This document shows, piece by piece, positions 8,798 through 18,814 of a stretch of DNA of 20,462 bases (positions are counted from its first letter, which is position 1; every line of letters starts with the position of its first letter). The stretch is from Methanobacteriota archaeon (GTDB lineage Archaea; Halobacteriota; Bog-38; Methanoflorentales; Methanoflorentaceae). Both the position numbers and the translations under genes were made by a program. The stretch spans positions 1 to 20,462 of the forward strand of contig CAVRAO010000007.1 in the NCBI GenBank assembly GCA_963719035.1, read 5' to 3'. The notes below the pieces were generated by a model. It was given only the letters and a program-made list of their open reading frames with translations, searched no databases and was not told the origin of the DNA.

Positions 8798-10318
8798 TTG
8801 TTGGTCGGCGGGTGCTTACGATGCGCTCCTGTACTTTTGCTGGCGATTATGCTCGTCGGCCTAACGCTAAGAGTCTATCATATCGGGGCCGCGAGCATTT
8901 GGTTGGATGAGGGACTTTCCGTTTTTCTGGCTAAAATGAGCTTGCCTCAATTAGCGCAAGCACTCCCCGCGACCGAGTTGAGCCCCCCCCTGTACGATGT
9001 TGTTTTGCATTACTGGGTGATCCCGTTCGGCGATTCCGAGGTTGCTGTGCGGTTCGTATCAGCACTATTTGGCGTCCTAGCAATACCTATGATGTACCTC
9101 ATCAGTGAAGAGCTCTTTGATGAGGAGGCGGGGCTGTTGGGCGCGTTCATTCTTGCCATATCTACGCTCAACGTTCAATATTCGCAAGAGGCGAGGATGT
9201 ACAGCCTAATGGTTCTGCTCGCTCTCCTCTCCATGTATTTCTTCGTGAAGCTTGTACGGAAGAATGATCTGGCGATTTCAGCCGCGTATATCCTGTTTAC
9301 GACGCTTTTGCTTTACACTCACGTTTACGGACTGATCGTCGTTTTGGCCCAAAACTTATGCGTGGTCGCACTGTCGCAGCTATCGCCGGCGAATACGTTT
9401 CGGTTGCGACGGTGGATAGCGCTCGAAGCGATCGTCGTTGCGCTTTTTGTGCCTTGGGTTGGCATTTTGGTCGGGCAAGTATCAGCCGTGCAAAGGGGAT
9501 TTTGGGTGCCGCTGCCTACGCTTGGCACTGTGGCGGACACGTTTGTCGCCTATGCCGGGACAGTGTCGCTATTGGTCCTTTTTGTCGGACTGTCCGTGCT
9601 CTCAGTGTTTACCTACACGAAGGTATCCGGTCACTTCGAGTTGAAAGCCCCGCTCAAAGCCCTTGGGAATTACTCGTGGACCGTCCGCGTCGCCAACGTG
9701 GCTAGTGTGCTCTTTCTCCTCGCGTGGCTCCTCACGCTGAACGTAGTGCCATTTGTGATCTCCCAGTTTTTTACGCCGGTCTACTTCCTCAGATATACCC
9801 TCGCAGCTTCGGTCGCGCTATACGCACTCGTGGCGGGAGGCATAAGAAACATCAATTCGCGCTACGTCAAGCTCGCCGTCGTCGCAGTCATTGTCATTCT
9901 GTCGGCTGCGAACCTGCAACAATACTACGCGCAAGATACAAATGGGGACGCGCGAGAAGCGTTCGGCGTTCTTAACGAGAATCTCAAGAGCGGCGATATC
10001 GTCATCCTTTTCCCGGCGGGTGCGCAATATGTTTTTGATTATTATAATAGGGCGACAGCCGTCGACGCTAAGCCATTCCCCTCTGCACAGGGCTATTATT
10101 CGGAAGGTCAGGCAAATGCAAAAAGCACCGCTGATAATATCAAGGAACTCCTATCAGACGTCGATGGCCACGATCGGGTTTGGTTCGTGTCCGCCACTGG
10201 ACACGGAAGCGCTGCGCTCTTGATTCAGGCAAAAAACGCTTTGAATGAGTCTTATTTTGCTCGGTCTGCGCAGAGCTATCAGGGCTATGAAGTGCTTTTG
10301 TACGAAAAGCGCGCCTGA
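8798..10318 (+). CDS. GT-C glycosyltransferase, ArnT/PMT-like (GT83/GT39; dolichyl/polyprenyl-phosphate-sugar dependent)
   Basis: Intact ORF of about 500 aa with LRVYHIG..SIWLDEG (DE motif), PPLY, SE..VR..SA.FG, YSQEARMYSL and YTH.YG motifs, many TM segments and a C-terminal soluble domain. The start is uncertain. Confidence 0.85.
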   Translation: MLVGGCLRCAPVLLLAIMLVGLTLRVYHIGAASIWLDEGLSVFLAKMSLPQLAQALPATELSPPLYDVVLHYWVIPFGDSEVAVRFVSALFGVLAIPMMYLISEELFDEEAGLLGAFILAISTLNVQYSQEARMYSLMVLLALLSMYFFVKLVRKNDLAISAAYILFTTLLLYTHVYGLIVVLAQNLCVVALSQLSPANTFRLRRWIALEAIVVALFVPWVGILVGQVSAVQRGFWVPLPTLGTVADTFVAYAGTVSLLVLFVGLSVLSVFTYTKVSGHFELKAPLKALGNYSWTVRVANVASVLFLLAWLLTLNVVPFVISQFFTPVYFLRYTLAASVALYALVAGGIRNINSRYVKLAVVAVIVILSAANLQQYYAQDTNGDAREAFGVLNENLKSGDIVILFPAGAQYVFDYYNRATAVDAKPFPSAQGYYSEGQANAKSTADNIKELLSDVDGHDRVWFVSATGHGSAALLIQAKNALNESYFARSAQSYQGYEVLLYEKRA

Positions 10319-10504
10319 ATACTCGTTTGATAAACGTCGATCGGCCCGTCATAACCAGAGCTTTTCGCTGATCGGGTGCGTTAGCCTTTACCGTTCTCCA
10401 AGGGTAACTGCCAGTAGCATGCAGGGCTGAAAGGTCATGTGCCGGATAGATTATATGCGGATCATCCGCAGCGTGCTCTCGTTAAACGTGCATAAAAAGC
10501 CGGG

Positions 10505-10789
10505 CTATAAATAGAATATGAATACGCCCAAGGTTATTAGCAGGATGGCGACAACTTTTTGCCACGTTAATCGCTCGGCCAGAAGAAAAACTGATAGAAA
10601 CACGACAACGGCATAGCTGAAAGACGATATCGCATAGTACAGTTTCAGTTCGAGGCCCTGCAAAGCGATAAGCGAGCAGAGAACGACCAAGAGAAACAAA
10701 GCGTAGCCACTGATAGTCGCAGGGTTGTAATATATTTGAAGATGCTGGCGCCGCGAGCCGATTTTTAGGAGCACTTGTGAAGTGCCCGT
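10505..10789 (-). pseudogene. 5'-truncated paralog of the ArnE-like gene at 2767-3096
   Basis: TGTSQVLLKIGSR...ATISGYALFLLV..CSLIAL.GLELKL.YAI matches 2767-3096. Similarity stops near 10789, most of TM1 is missing, there is no in-frame ATG before an upstream TAG, and the ArnF-like partner is absent. Confidence 0.75.
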
Positions 10790-10918
10790 CGCAGAATGTA
10801 TGCCGGAATCGCATTTTAGACGTTGCTAAGTTGGCTATTTCTTTTGCTATTGTCTGTGAGCCTCCTCGACAGTTATAAGGGGAAAAAGAGACGTATCTGC
10901 TTCAGTTTGGCGAACACT

Positions 10919-11957
10919 ATGGATCATCCAAAAGTAACCGTCTTGCTACCAGTCTATAACGGTGCGCGCTTCTTGCGACAAGCAATTGACAGCGTGCTGA
11001 GCCAGACGTGGAAAGATTTTGAGCTATTAGTGGTAAACGATGGATCAACAGACGGCACGGCAGCAATACTGGAGAGCTATAGCGATCCACGAATCCGTAT
11101 ACTAAGCAACGTGCAGAATATTGGGTTAACTCTTTCGTTAAATAAAGGATTGCAGTCTGCTCGAGGGGAGTATATCGCACGGATAGACGCTGATGACATT
11201 GCGCTGCCTATAAGGCTCGAGAAGCAAGTAAGTTACTTAGATCAACATCCGGAGGTTGGACTGGTCGCGACTGGGGTCAAGGTCATCGATGAACGTGGTC
11301 ATGTAACTGGTTCTTATCAAGCCCCATTTGAGCACCGAAGCTATTTTTTGCATCTTGATATTTCACAATTGCATTGTCCACTCATCTGTAATGTTTAGGC
11401 TGCGATTAGCGAAAAACCTCGGCGGATACGACGAAGCATTTGAGCGCGCCGAAGATGCAGATTTTTGGTATAGGATTTCGCGGATCTCTCGAATTGCTAT
11501 GTGTGACGAAACACTCACAAAATGGAGAGATCACCCCGTAAGTGTATCGAATAAGTATCAAATCGAGCAGGACCGAGTGGCACTTAAAATCTACGCAAGA
11601 AATCTCGCAGACTTAATGCAGCGACCAGTGGGCGTTGGCGGACTAACTTGTTTTCACGATGAGGTATTTGCTGCAAGAGGGCCACTATCGATCAATGCCG
11701 ATTCTCTAGTCGAGTTGACAAAAATATATGAGAGGATACTTTTGACTTCCCCGCCTTTTTTAAATCGAGGGTCGCTGGAAAAACACTTGAATATCAAGCT
11801 GCTAGTCTACATTGCACTTTTACTACGCAAAAAACAATTCAAGGATCTCATGAAAATCAGCTGTGAGGCGAGTTTTAGAACCCTATTTTTTAATCTCGCA
11901 AAGCAGAACTTGTTGCGGATCGGCTCAAATCGGGTGCATAAGCAGAAGTCCCGTTGA
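10919..11957 (+). CDS. GT2 family glycosyltransferase, with one frameshift at 11322-11329
   Basis: Motifs PKVTVLLPVYN, VNDGSTD, ARIDADD, HSSVMFR and AEDADFW. Removing one base at CCCCATTT restores gap-free alignment with the paralog at 12026. The likely start is ATG 10919. Confidence 0.85.
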
Positions 11958-12025
11958 CAGACTTCTACGTTTGCGCAAAGTTATTTGGGGGGAGATAAAG
12001 ACAATATTCAACGAGCATTAGCAAT

Positions 12026-13075
12026 ATGACGCAAGAGCCCTCGAAACGAAATCCTCAGGTAACTGTTCTTATGTCGGTATACAACGGTGAGCGTTATCTG
12101 CGGGAAGCGATTGAAAGTGTGCTTGCTCAGACTTTCGCCGATTTTGAGCTGCTGATCATCAACGATGGATCAACCGATGGTACCGCAGCGATACTGGGGG
12201 ATTACAGTGACTCGCGCATCCGCGTTGTCTCTAACGAGAAGAATATCGGCGTCACGTGTTCGAGAAATAAAGGACTTCATCTTGCGCGCGGGAAGTACGT
12301 AGCCTGTATGGATGCGGACGATGTATCTCTCCCCGAACGGCTCAGACTTCAGGCGCGTTATTTGGATACGCATCCCGACGTAGGCCTGCTATCAAGCGCA
12401 TATGAGGTCGTTGATGATGATGGCAACTCGCTTGCAATAGTCAATTATCGGTGGGGTCCCGAAGCGATTTATTATCGGCTGCAATTTTGTAATTTTACCG
12501 CAGGCCCAGATACGATGTTTAGAACAGATGTGGTCCTCAAAATTGGCGGATACGATGAAAGATGCAAACGAGCTCCAGATTATGATTTATGGACGAGGCT
12601 TTCACGAGTTACCAAAATCGACCAGCTCCCCACGCTATTATATGTATACCGATCTCACCATCGTAACATCACCCATACTTACCGAGATGAACAGCAAGCT
12701 TGTGCGAACAGAAGTTGGGCTGCAAATCTAGCCAAGCTGATGGGGGGCGATACGTGCAATGTCGAAGCAATCACACCAATTCGCTATGCAGCAGCTATGT
12801 ATCCTTACACAAAAAGAATCACGTATGATTCCCTCTGTGAGCTTGAGAAAATTGAAGAGCGGCTAGTTAGTCAGTGTCCCGTATCACTGGACATACCAAA
12901 GTTGAAGGTTCATTGCGAATCTATGCTCGGGCTCTACATTTTCTTGATGGTCGCACATCTGCAGATTCGCGACGTCTTACAGGTATTGCGCAGGCCACGT
13001 TTTAGACGAGCGTTAGTTGGCTTTATGTGGCTAAAGATATGTAACATCCGTGGCTACCTAAAGAGAGCCCTCTGA
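12026..13075 (+). CDS. GT2 family glycosyltransferase (intact), tandem paralog of the preceding gene
   Basis: Motifs PQVTVLMSVYN, INDGSTD, ACMDADD, GGYDE and PDYDLW; 349 aa. Confidence 0.92.
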   Translation: MTQEPSKRNPQVTVLMSVYNGERYLREAIESVLAQTFADFELLIINDGSTDGTAAILGDYSDSRIRVVSNEKNIGVTCSRNKGLHLARGKYVACMDADDVSLPERLRLQARYLDTHPDVGLLSSAYEVVDDDGNSLAIVNYRWGPEAIYYRLQFCNFTAGPDTMFRTDVVLKIGGYDERCKRAPDYDLWTRLSRVTKIDQLPTLLYVYRSHHRNITHTYRDEQQACANRSWAANLAKLMGGDTCNVEAITPIRYAAAMYPYTKRITYDSLCELEKIEERLVSQCPVSLDIPKLKVHCESMLGLYIFLMVAHLQIRDVLQVLRRPRFRRALVGFMWLKICNIRGYLKRAL

Positions 13076-13076
13076 T

Positions 13077-14537
13077 TTAACGCAGCCTGAGCTCTCTGAA
13101 ATACAAAGCAGCTAACCTCGACGTTGTGGTATATGCGTCCGAATGGAGCCAACGAACTAGGACCCAGTAGACTGCGGCGCCGAAGGCGACCTGCAGTGCC
13201 AAATGCGCAGCGTAGGACCAGCTGCCTGGAATGATGAGGCCGAGAATCCATACGGCAAACGCCATCGTGGCTGCGCTAAAAAAAGTTGGCGCTAACCTTT
13301 TGAGTATAGTAACAAAGTCAAGCTGTATGAGGCGGGCACAAATTGTCCAGCTGGGATACCACAACAAGAAATTGGCGACAGTGTATGCGACAGCGACGCC
13401 CGTCGCGCCCCATCGCAAGCCTAGGACAAACGAAATGATGAATATCGAGCCTGAGACGAGCCCCCATCGAAACATAATATCAGTACGGCCTTGTGACTGG
13501 TAAATCCAACCGACGGTGGTGCCAATGGACTGAATCGCCCCAAGAAGGCTAAAAACTTGTAAGATGGGGATCATTGCCGCCCACTTATCACCGAACAAGG
13601 CCAAGACGAAGGACTCCGACACGACTAACAGCCCCAACGTCAGAGGGAACGTGAAAAGCGAAATAACGCTGATGGACTTGAGGTACATCTCTTTCACCCG
13701 TTCCACGTCTTTCTGGATCGCAGAAAGGGCAGGAAACATCACGTTGGAAATAACGCTCGATATTTGCCACACAGGCAACAACATAATCGTGTACGAGCGC
13801 ACATAAAAGCCTAGAGCCGCCGATCCGACATATCGACCGATGAGCAAGTTATCGCCGTTTCTCGACCAGTAATTGAACACCGAAGAACCAAACAGGTTTC
13901 TGCTAAACTAAGAAAGCTCCTTCAGCGCATCCAAGTTCAGTGAGAGATCCGGCCGCCAAGGGGCAATAATCCACAGCACGACGACGTAGACTAAAGCATT
14001 CAGGACGTACAGGGCGACGAGGCTCCATACGCCAAAACCCGTTAGGGCTAACCATATCGCAACGAGACCGGAAAGCACCGTGCCCGTCAGCTGAGCTGCT
14101 GCGAGCGTGCGAAAGTCCATCGCTTTTTGGAGCAAGGCGACCTTCACCGTCGCGAATGCGTTGATGAAGAAAATCAATGAAATTACGACGGTGAGCGGCT
14201 GGAGAGAAGGCACGCCATAAAAGGCCGCAATGTAGGGCGCCGCAGCAGCTATAATCAGCGTGATCAATGCGCCGATGGCAAGGCTGAACCAGAACACCGC
14301 GTTCTTATGGTGTTGCTGTACGTCTAATTTCTGAACTAAGGCGGCGCCGAAGCCCATATCAGTGAATACGCCTGCGAAGCCCGTAAACACCAATATCATG
14401 CCGACTAACCCAAAATCTTGGGGAGACAAAAGACGCGTCAGAATAATCGATGTCACAAGATAAGCTAATTGCTGCCCCCCTTGGGTGAGGCTCGTCCACG
14501 CGACACCAGTCCGTATCTTACTGTCCAAGTCCTGCAT
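13077..14537 (-). CDS. WzxC-like polysaccharide flippase (MOP/PST family), with an apparent in-frame TAG at 13908-13910
   Basis: ORFs 13908-14549 and 13077-13880 are in the same frame. Motifs ILTRLLSPQDFGL, FTDMGFGAALVQK, GVWSLV and DNLLIGRY.G..ALGFY. About 486 codons from ATG 14537. Confidence 0.88.
13174..13185. repeat. 12-bp direct repeat, copy 1 (GCGGCGCCGAAG; encodes FGAA on the minus strand)
   Basis: Identical to 14341-14352. Eleven bp of it form the junction of the deleted paralog at 8131-8141. Confidence 0.85.
14341..14352. repeat. 12-bp direct repeat, copy 2 (GCGGCGCCGAAG)
   Basis: Identical to 13174-13185 and 1167 bp away. Confidence 0.85.
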
Positions 14538-14645
14538 TTTTTCCGCCAAAAGCGCTCGAGTCTTTTATATCGACGTCCCGTTTGGAGTTTGTCTTGCCGT
14601 TGACACCCCTTTTTCGGTGATCGCAGCAAGAGAAAAGCTGACCCG

Positions 14646-14685
14646 CAACAGCTGACATACTTTTTGATATATGTTTTTTTACGTT
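14646..14685 (-). promoter_or_regulatory. Putative promoter element of the flippase gene
   Basis: caacagctgacatactttttgatatatgtttttttacgtt is conserved with 8433-8471 and has an AT-rich ATATAT core. Confidence 0.5.
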
Positions 14686-14807
14686 CTTAGGAAGAATGCC
14701 GGCACGGGGGTTTTTTTGGCAAACTGGGACTGGGTGTTAGCAGAAGGTCGTAAGCCGAATGTCGTCTCGATCGTCTTATGCGTGGGGGTCGACTGGTGAT
14801 GCGCGCG

Positions 14808-15515
14808 CTAAACGTTGCGCCGCTCAAAGACAGCGAATCCACGAGGCGTGTTGATTTGATATGAAACATGGAAGGTACTGTCTCCATTTCTGGGTGATAA
14901 GCGACTCGTCTGGTCGCGACGCGTCGTGAAGCATCACCAAAGCGTGTGGCTTCAAATAGGGCAAGAAGAACGGAATTGCGGGTTGTCGCGCGCATCGGGA
15001 CGACGTTCCCGGTGGCGCATCCACTATGAGAATGTCGACCTTCTTTTCGCTCATAACTTGTTCTAGTTCTAGCTTGCTGAACCACCCAGTATTGTTGGAT
15101 TGCGTGAACGTACCAGCTAACCTTAGCGTTATTATCCAATTCGTGCAGGTGTAACATGTCTTGCGCTTGGCGCGCGTAGCTTTCGTCTCCCTCAATAGAA
15201 GTAATATCGAGGTCTTCGAGCACTCGAGGGAGCACGCTTGCAAGAACGAGCGTTGAACCCCCCGATCCAAGTTCAATGATGCTCAATCGTCTCCGACGCT
15301 TGGTAGTGGCGTACAACATCAAAAATGGCTTCAAAGTCACGAGCGTCCATTGACCATTCACGTTTAGCCACAGATCGTGGTAGATGGTAACGCTTAAGAA
15401 ACGCTCTCCATTCGGTTTTTTCTCGAACGCCGGTCGTATGTTCCTCCAAAAAACGCTTCGCTAAATCCATCAACGCACGCATGTTGCAAAGCTCCTTGTG
15501 AAGGCGGTCATTCAC
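14808..15515 (-). CDS. Class I SAM-dependent methyltransferase (Methyltransf_24-like), split by about 3 frameshifts
   Basis: Consecutive frame pieces give EWSMDARDF, IIELGSGGSTL (motif I), ITSIEGD, VDILIVDAPP and LKPHALVMLHDASRPDE. A final piece, YQINTPRGFAVFERRNV*, ends at 14808. Confidence 0.7.
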
Positions 15516-15819
15516 TCTGTCTAGCGCTAATTTGGGGTATCTACTCTTAACTTTTGCTCAGTCGAGTTTGCCAGAAACGATTTTGTGAAGCAACGACTTT
15601 TTGCTATGCTAAGCAGCTGCAGCCAGCTGCGCACCAGGGCGATGCCGTGCCATTGACGCTTTCAAACGAACGTCTTTGGACGCGCTTAAGCGCCTGTTCA
15701 AATCGCGGGTTACCTAAAAAAGCATTAAGTTTTAAAACTTTATTTAATCGCCTTGTTTTTTGTGAAAAACACGCCTGCAAGACCGATGGTCATTGCTAGA
15801 CGTCTAACGCAATCTTTAA

Positions 15820-17168
15820 GTGGATGGTCGCGCACGTGAACTCGATGCCGCGCGTACAATCATTGGAACGGGTTATGTCGGTCTGAGCACGGCCGTCTGT
15901 TTTGCCTCTCGCGGGTATGGCGTCATCGCGTCCACACAGAAAAAAGAAAACATCCGCATGATCAACGCGCAGCGAGCACCGTTTTACGAGCCCGGACTGG
16001 ACGATGCACTCAAACACAGCGTCCAATCAAAACATCTGCGCGCCGAAATTAGTCGCGCCAAAGCGGTGTTGGGGACCGACATAAGTTTCATTACTGTTGC
16101 GACACCCGATCAACCAGATGGGACGATCGATCTGCGCTATATCATCGGCGCAAGCGAGGATATTGGAAAGGCGCTTCGAGAAAAGGATGAGTATCATCTT
16201 GTCGTCGTCAAGAGCACGGTCACACCAGGCACGACTCGCGACGTCATAAGGCCAGCGCTTGAGAGAACGTCGACCCTCTCTGCTGGACGCTGACTTTGGG
16301 CTGTGCGTGAATCCTGAATTCTTGCAACAGGGATCAGCAATCGAGGGTACGCTGCACCCTGATCGGATTGTGATCGGGGAATATGATAAGCGGCCGGTAG
16401 GCGCTCCAGGACTTCTTGATAATTTCCATAAGGGTGCTGTACCGATCCTAAAGATGGGCTAGAATCAGCAGAAATGGTGAAATAGGCAAGCAACACGTTT
16501 CTCGCACGAAAGTGTCGTACGCAAACGAAATTGCGAACGTCTGCGGGCGGGTTCCTGGAGTCGACGTCTACCAGGTAGCGACGGGCTTCGGATGGATACA
16601 AGGATTAACCCCAGATTTCTCAACGCCGGAGCCGGTTTTGGCGGTTCTTGTTTACCAAAAGACGCAAAGGCACTGTTAGGTTCTCTGAAGCGCGCGGTTA
16701 TAAGCACCCCTCTGCGTGCTGTTTTGGCAGTCAACGAAGCGCAAGCGCGCCATGTAGCCAGCTTGCATTATCTACTCTGCGCAAGCCAAAAGGCAAGAAA
16801 GTGGCATTCTCGGCCTTTCATTCAAACCAAACACTGACGACGTACGGGAGGCCCAATCGTTAAGAATCGCCAAGGCGCTTATGGCGGAGGGGCTCGGAGT
16901 TAGCGCGTTTGACCCGGTTGTCAAGGAAATCGAGATCACGGGATTTGAAGCACTGAGTGCGCTGATACGATTCAGAAGTGTCTGGCAGGGGCTTACTGTT
17001 CATCGTCGTGACAGAATGGGAGGCATTCAAAGTGTTAACGCCAGAGGACTTCATCGAGCATATGGACGGCCGGTATTAGTCGATGCTAGACGGATTTTTA
17101 ACCCACAGAAGTTTCGCGGCAGGCTGGAGTATATCGTGGTCGGTCTAGGCGACGACCCGCTGCAATAG
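15820..17168 (+). pseudogene. ugd: UDP-glucose/GDP-mannose dehydrogenase family gene, multiply disrupted
   Basis: Motifs are spread over several frames: [55 protein letters not shown] (catalytic Cys), FKPNTDD.RE, VVTEW.AFK and VDARRIF. There are many frameshifts and a TAG at 16483-16485 in place of a conserved Tyr. Confidence 0.85.
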
Positions 17169-17468
17169 GGCGCTTAATCGCGAACGACGGCAATACGCGA
17201 TCAACGTGGGTTCGGCCTTAGCTCGGCGTCTTTCGCTATTGGCTCAGACAGGCAAAAACATTAGAACGGCTTGATAATGCAATATGGTGCCGTGCTTGAC
17301 TTAGATAGCGCTCCAAACCAGCTTCTTATCCCTGTGAAACGTAAAGTGTAGGTGCAAGGAAAAGTCGATGAATACGAAGCTCTATGTGACGACCTTACGT
17401 ACGTCGATAGCGGTTGTTCGGCAATTCGTGATAGACCCTCAACGGCCGAGGTGTCACACCCGCGAATA

Positions 17469-18417
17469 TTAAAAAATTGAACCGTTTTCGAATTTTGGCT
17501 GACACTTGTGCGAGCGTTTGTACACTATTGTTCCAGTCAGTTTAACGAAATGATATACCCGCTCCCCAAGGAGTGTTGAAAATGCGAGAAGGAATATCAA
17601 TGGGTTTTTGTCGTCAATTTTAAACGCTTTTATCATATACGATTTACAACGGCGAATTCGCCTGCAGCATCGAAGAGGAACGCAATTTTCTAAAGTGCCA
17701 AGCCAACCCACGTTTTCCAATCAGCCGCAGGATATCATCACGATACTTTTCAACAATGTGTAGGTAACCGCTAGCCATATCGTGCTTGTTTCTTAGCATC
17801 CGATCTAGCCCATCTTGATGAACAATCGTGCACGGCTCGTCCAGAGTGACAAATCCAAAGTCTCTCGCAAGGGATATGCACGTATCCCAATCCGTCAAAG
17901 ACTTGGTAGCCTCATCCAACGGGCCAATTTTTCTGAAACAATCTCGTGGAACTAGCAAGCAACAGTAACTTGGTCCGGGTCCTGCGAGCATTTCAGGAAA
18001 CACATATCCATTATATTTTTTCAAGTACTTCTCTGCAGGTCATTTTCTGCAGCATCACCACATTGCGGTCAAAGCGACAGAATTTGCAGGTGCCTTGTCT
18101 AGTGCGTTCAGCTGCAATTCAAGTTTCTGAGGGATCCACATATCGTCGGAATCTAAAAATCCGATGTAATCGCCATTTGAGTTTTGTATCCCGGTGTTTA
18201 GTGCTGCATTTTGTCCTTTTTTTTCTTCGTGACGGACGTAGCGCACGCGTGGATCCTGAAGCAGGGGCTTCACAGCGTCGAAAGTGGCATCTGTCGATCC
18301 ATCATCCACAATTATTATTTCAAAATCCCTATGCGTCTGCTTGAGAGCACTTTCTACACTTTTCTAACTAAGATGTGCCCGATTGTAAGTAGGGATGATT
18401 ATGCTGACCTTTGCCAA
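17469..18417 (-). CDS. GT2 family glycosyltransferase, interrupted several times
   Basis: TTG 18417 with a GAGGT RBS, then KVSIIIPTYNRAHL, IVDDGSTD, AALNTGI, FLDSDD.W.P.KLE.Q and TDWDTCI. Interruptions lie near 18365, 18030-18057 and 17650-17690. Confidence 0.78.
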
Positions 18418-18814
18418 GCAAACCTCTTTTGTCAGGCGAAAGAGCGTGGCATCTTATTTGGTCTTCCATTGCATTGCCCCAGCATATCTGTATTCCAACA
18501 ACTAATCGGTGATCCTCCTGTTAAAGGAAGAAAAGAGGAAGGAAGAGATAAGGTACCACTGCTACACTCGTGATTAATCATACAATTGCTCTTTGAGGCT
18601 GTGTATAAAAGCACTCAGATTTCGCGTTATGCGACCAATCTGCATCGACTTTCATATATGTTTTTCGTAGCATCTTTGAGACTGATTGATTGGGGCTAAG
18701 CTCAGATCTAGTCCTGCTTCTCTCTGATTTCACAAAGCTATGCGCAAAGAACAGGCGCCTTATGCGTGACAACCGAGACCCGTCCCCATAAATCGACAAG
18801 CGCTTTGCCATAGT

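Noticed and set aside
8983-8990. C8 tract in the ArnT/PMT-like gene as a phase-variation site
   Set aside because: It is in frame and explained by codons of the conserved PPLY motif. A single sequence gives no evidence of length variation.
1666-16734. Many 60-135 aa ORFs overlapping the called genes (e.g. 1666-1953, 4862-5173, 8128-8460, 9358-9705, 13231-13503, 16194-16601)
   Set aside because: They are antisense or alternate-frame shadows of well-supported genes, with no family features.
13908-18366. In-frame TAG codons (13908, 16483, 18364) as evidence of amber recoding or pyrrolysine
   Set aside because: TAG is the normal terminator of several genes here (2767, 10505, 17166). Two of the three cases resolve as compensating homopolymer indels that give more family-like sequence, and the third replaces a conserved Tyr in a heavily damaged gene.
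18578-18811. 77-aa ORF starting just after the GT2 stop at 18815
   Set aside because: Its position is operon-like, but the basic Arg/Ser-rich sequence has no recognisable motif, so I cannot support it.
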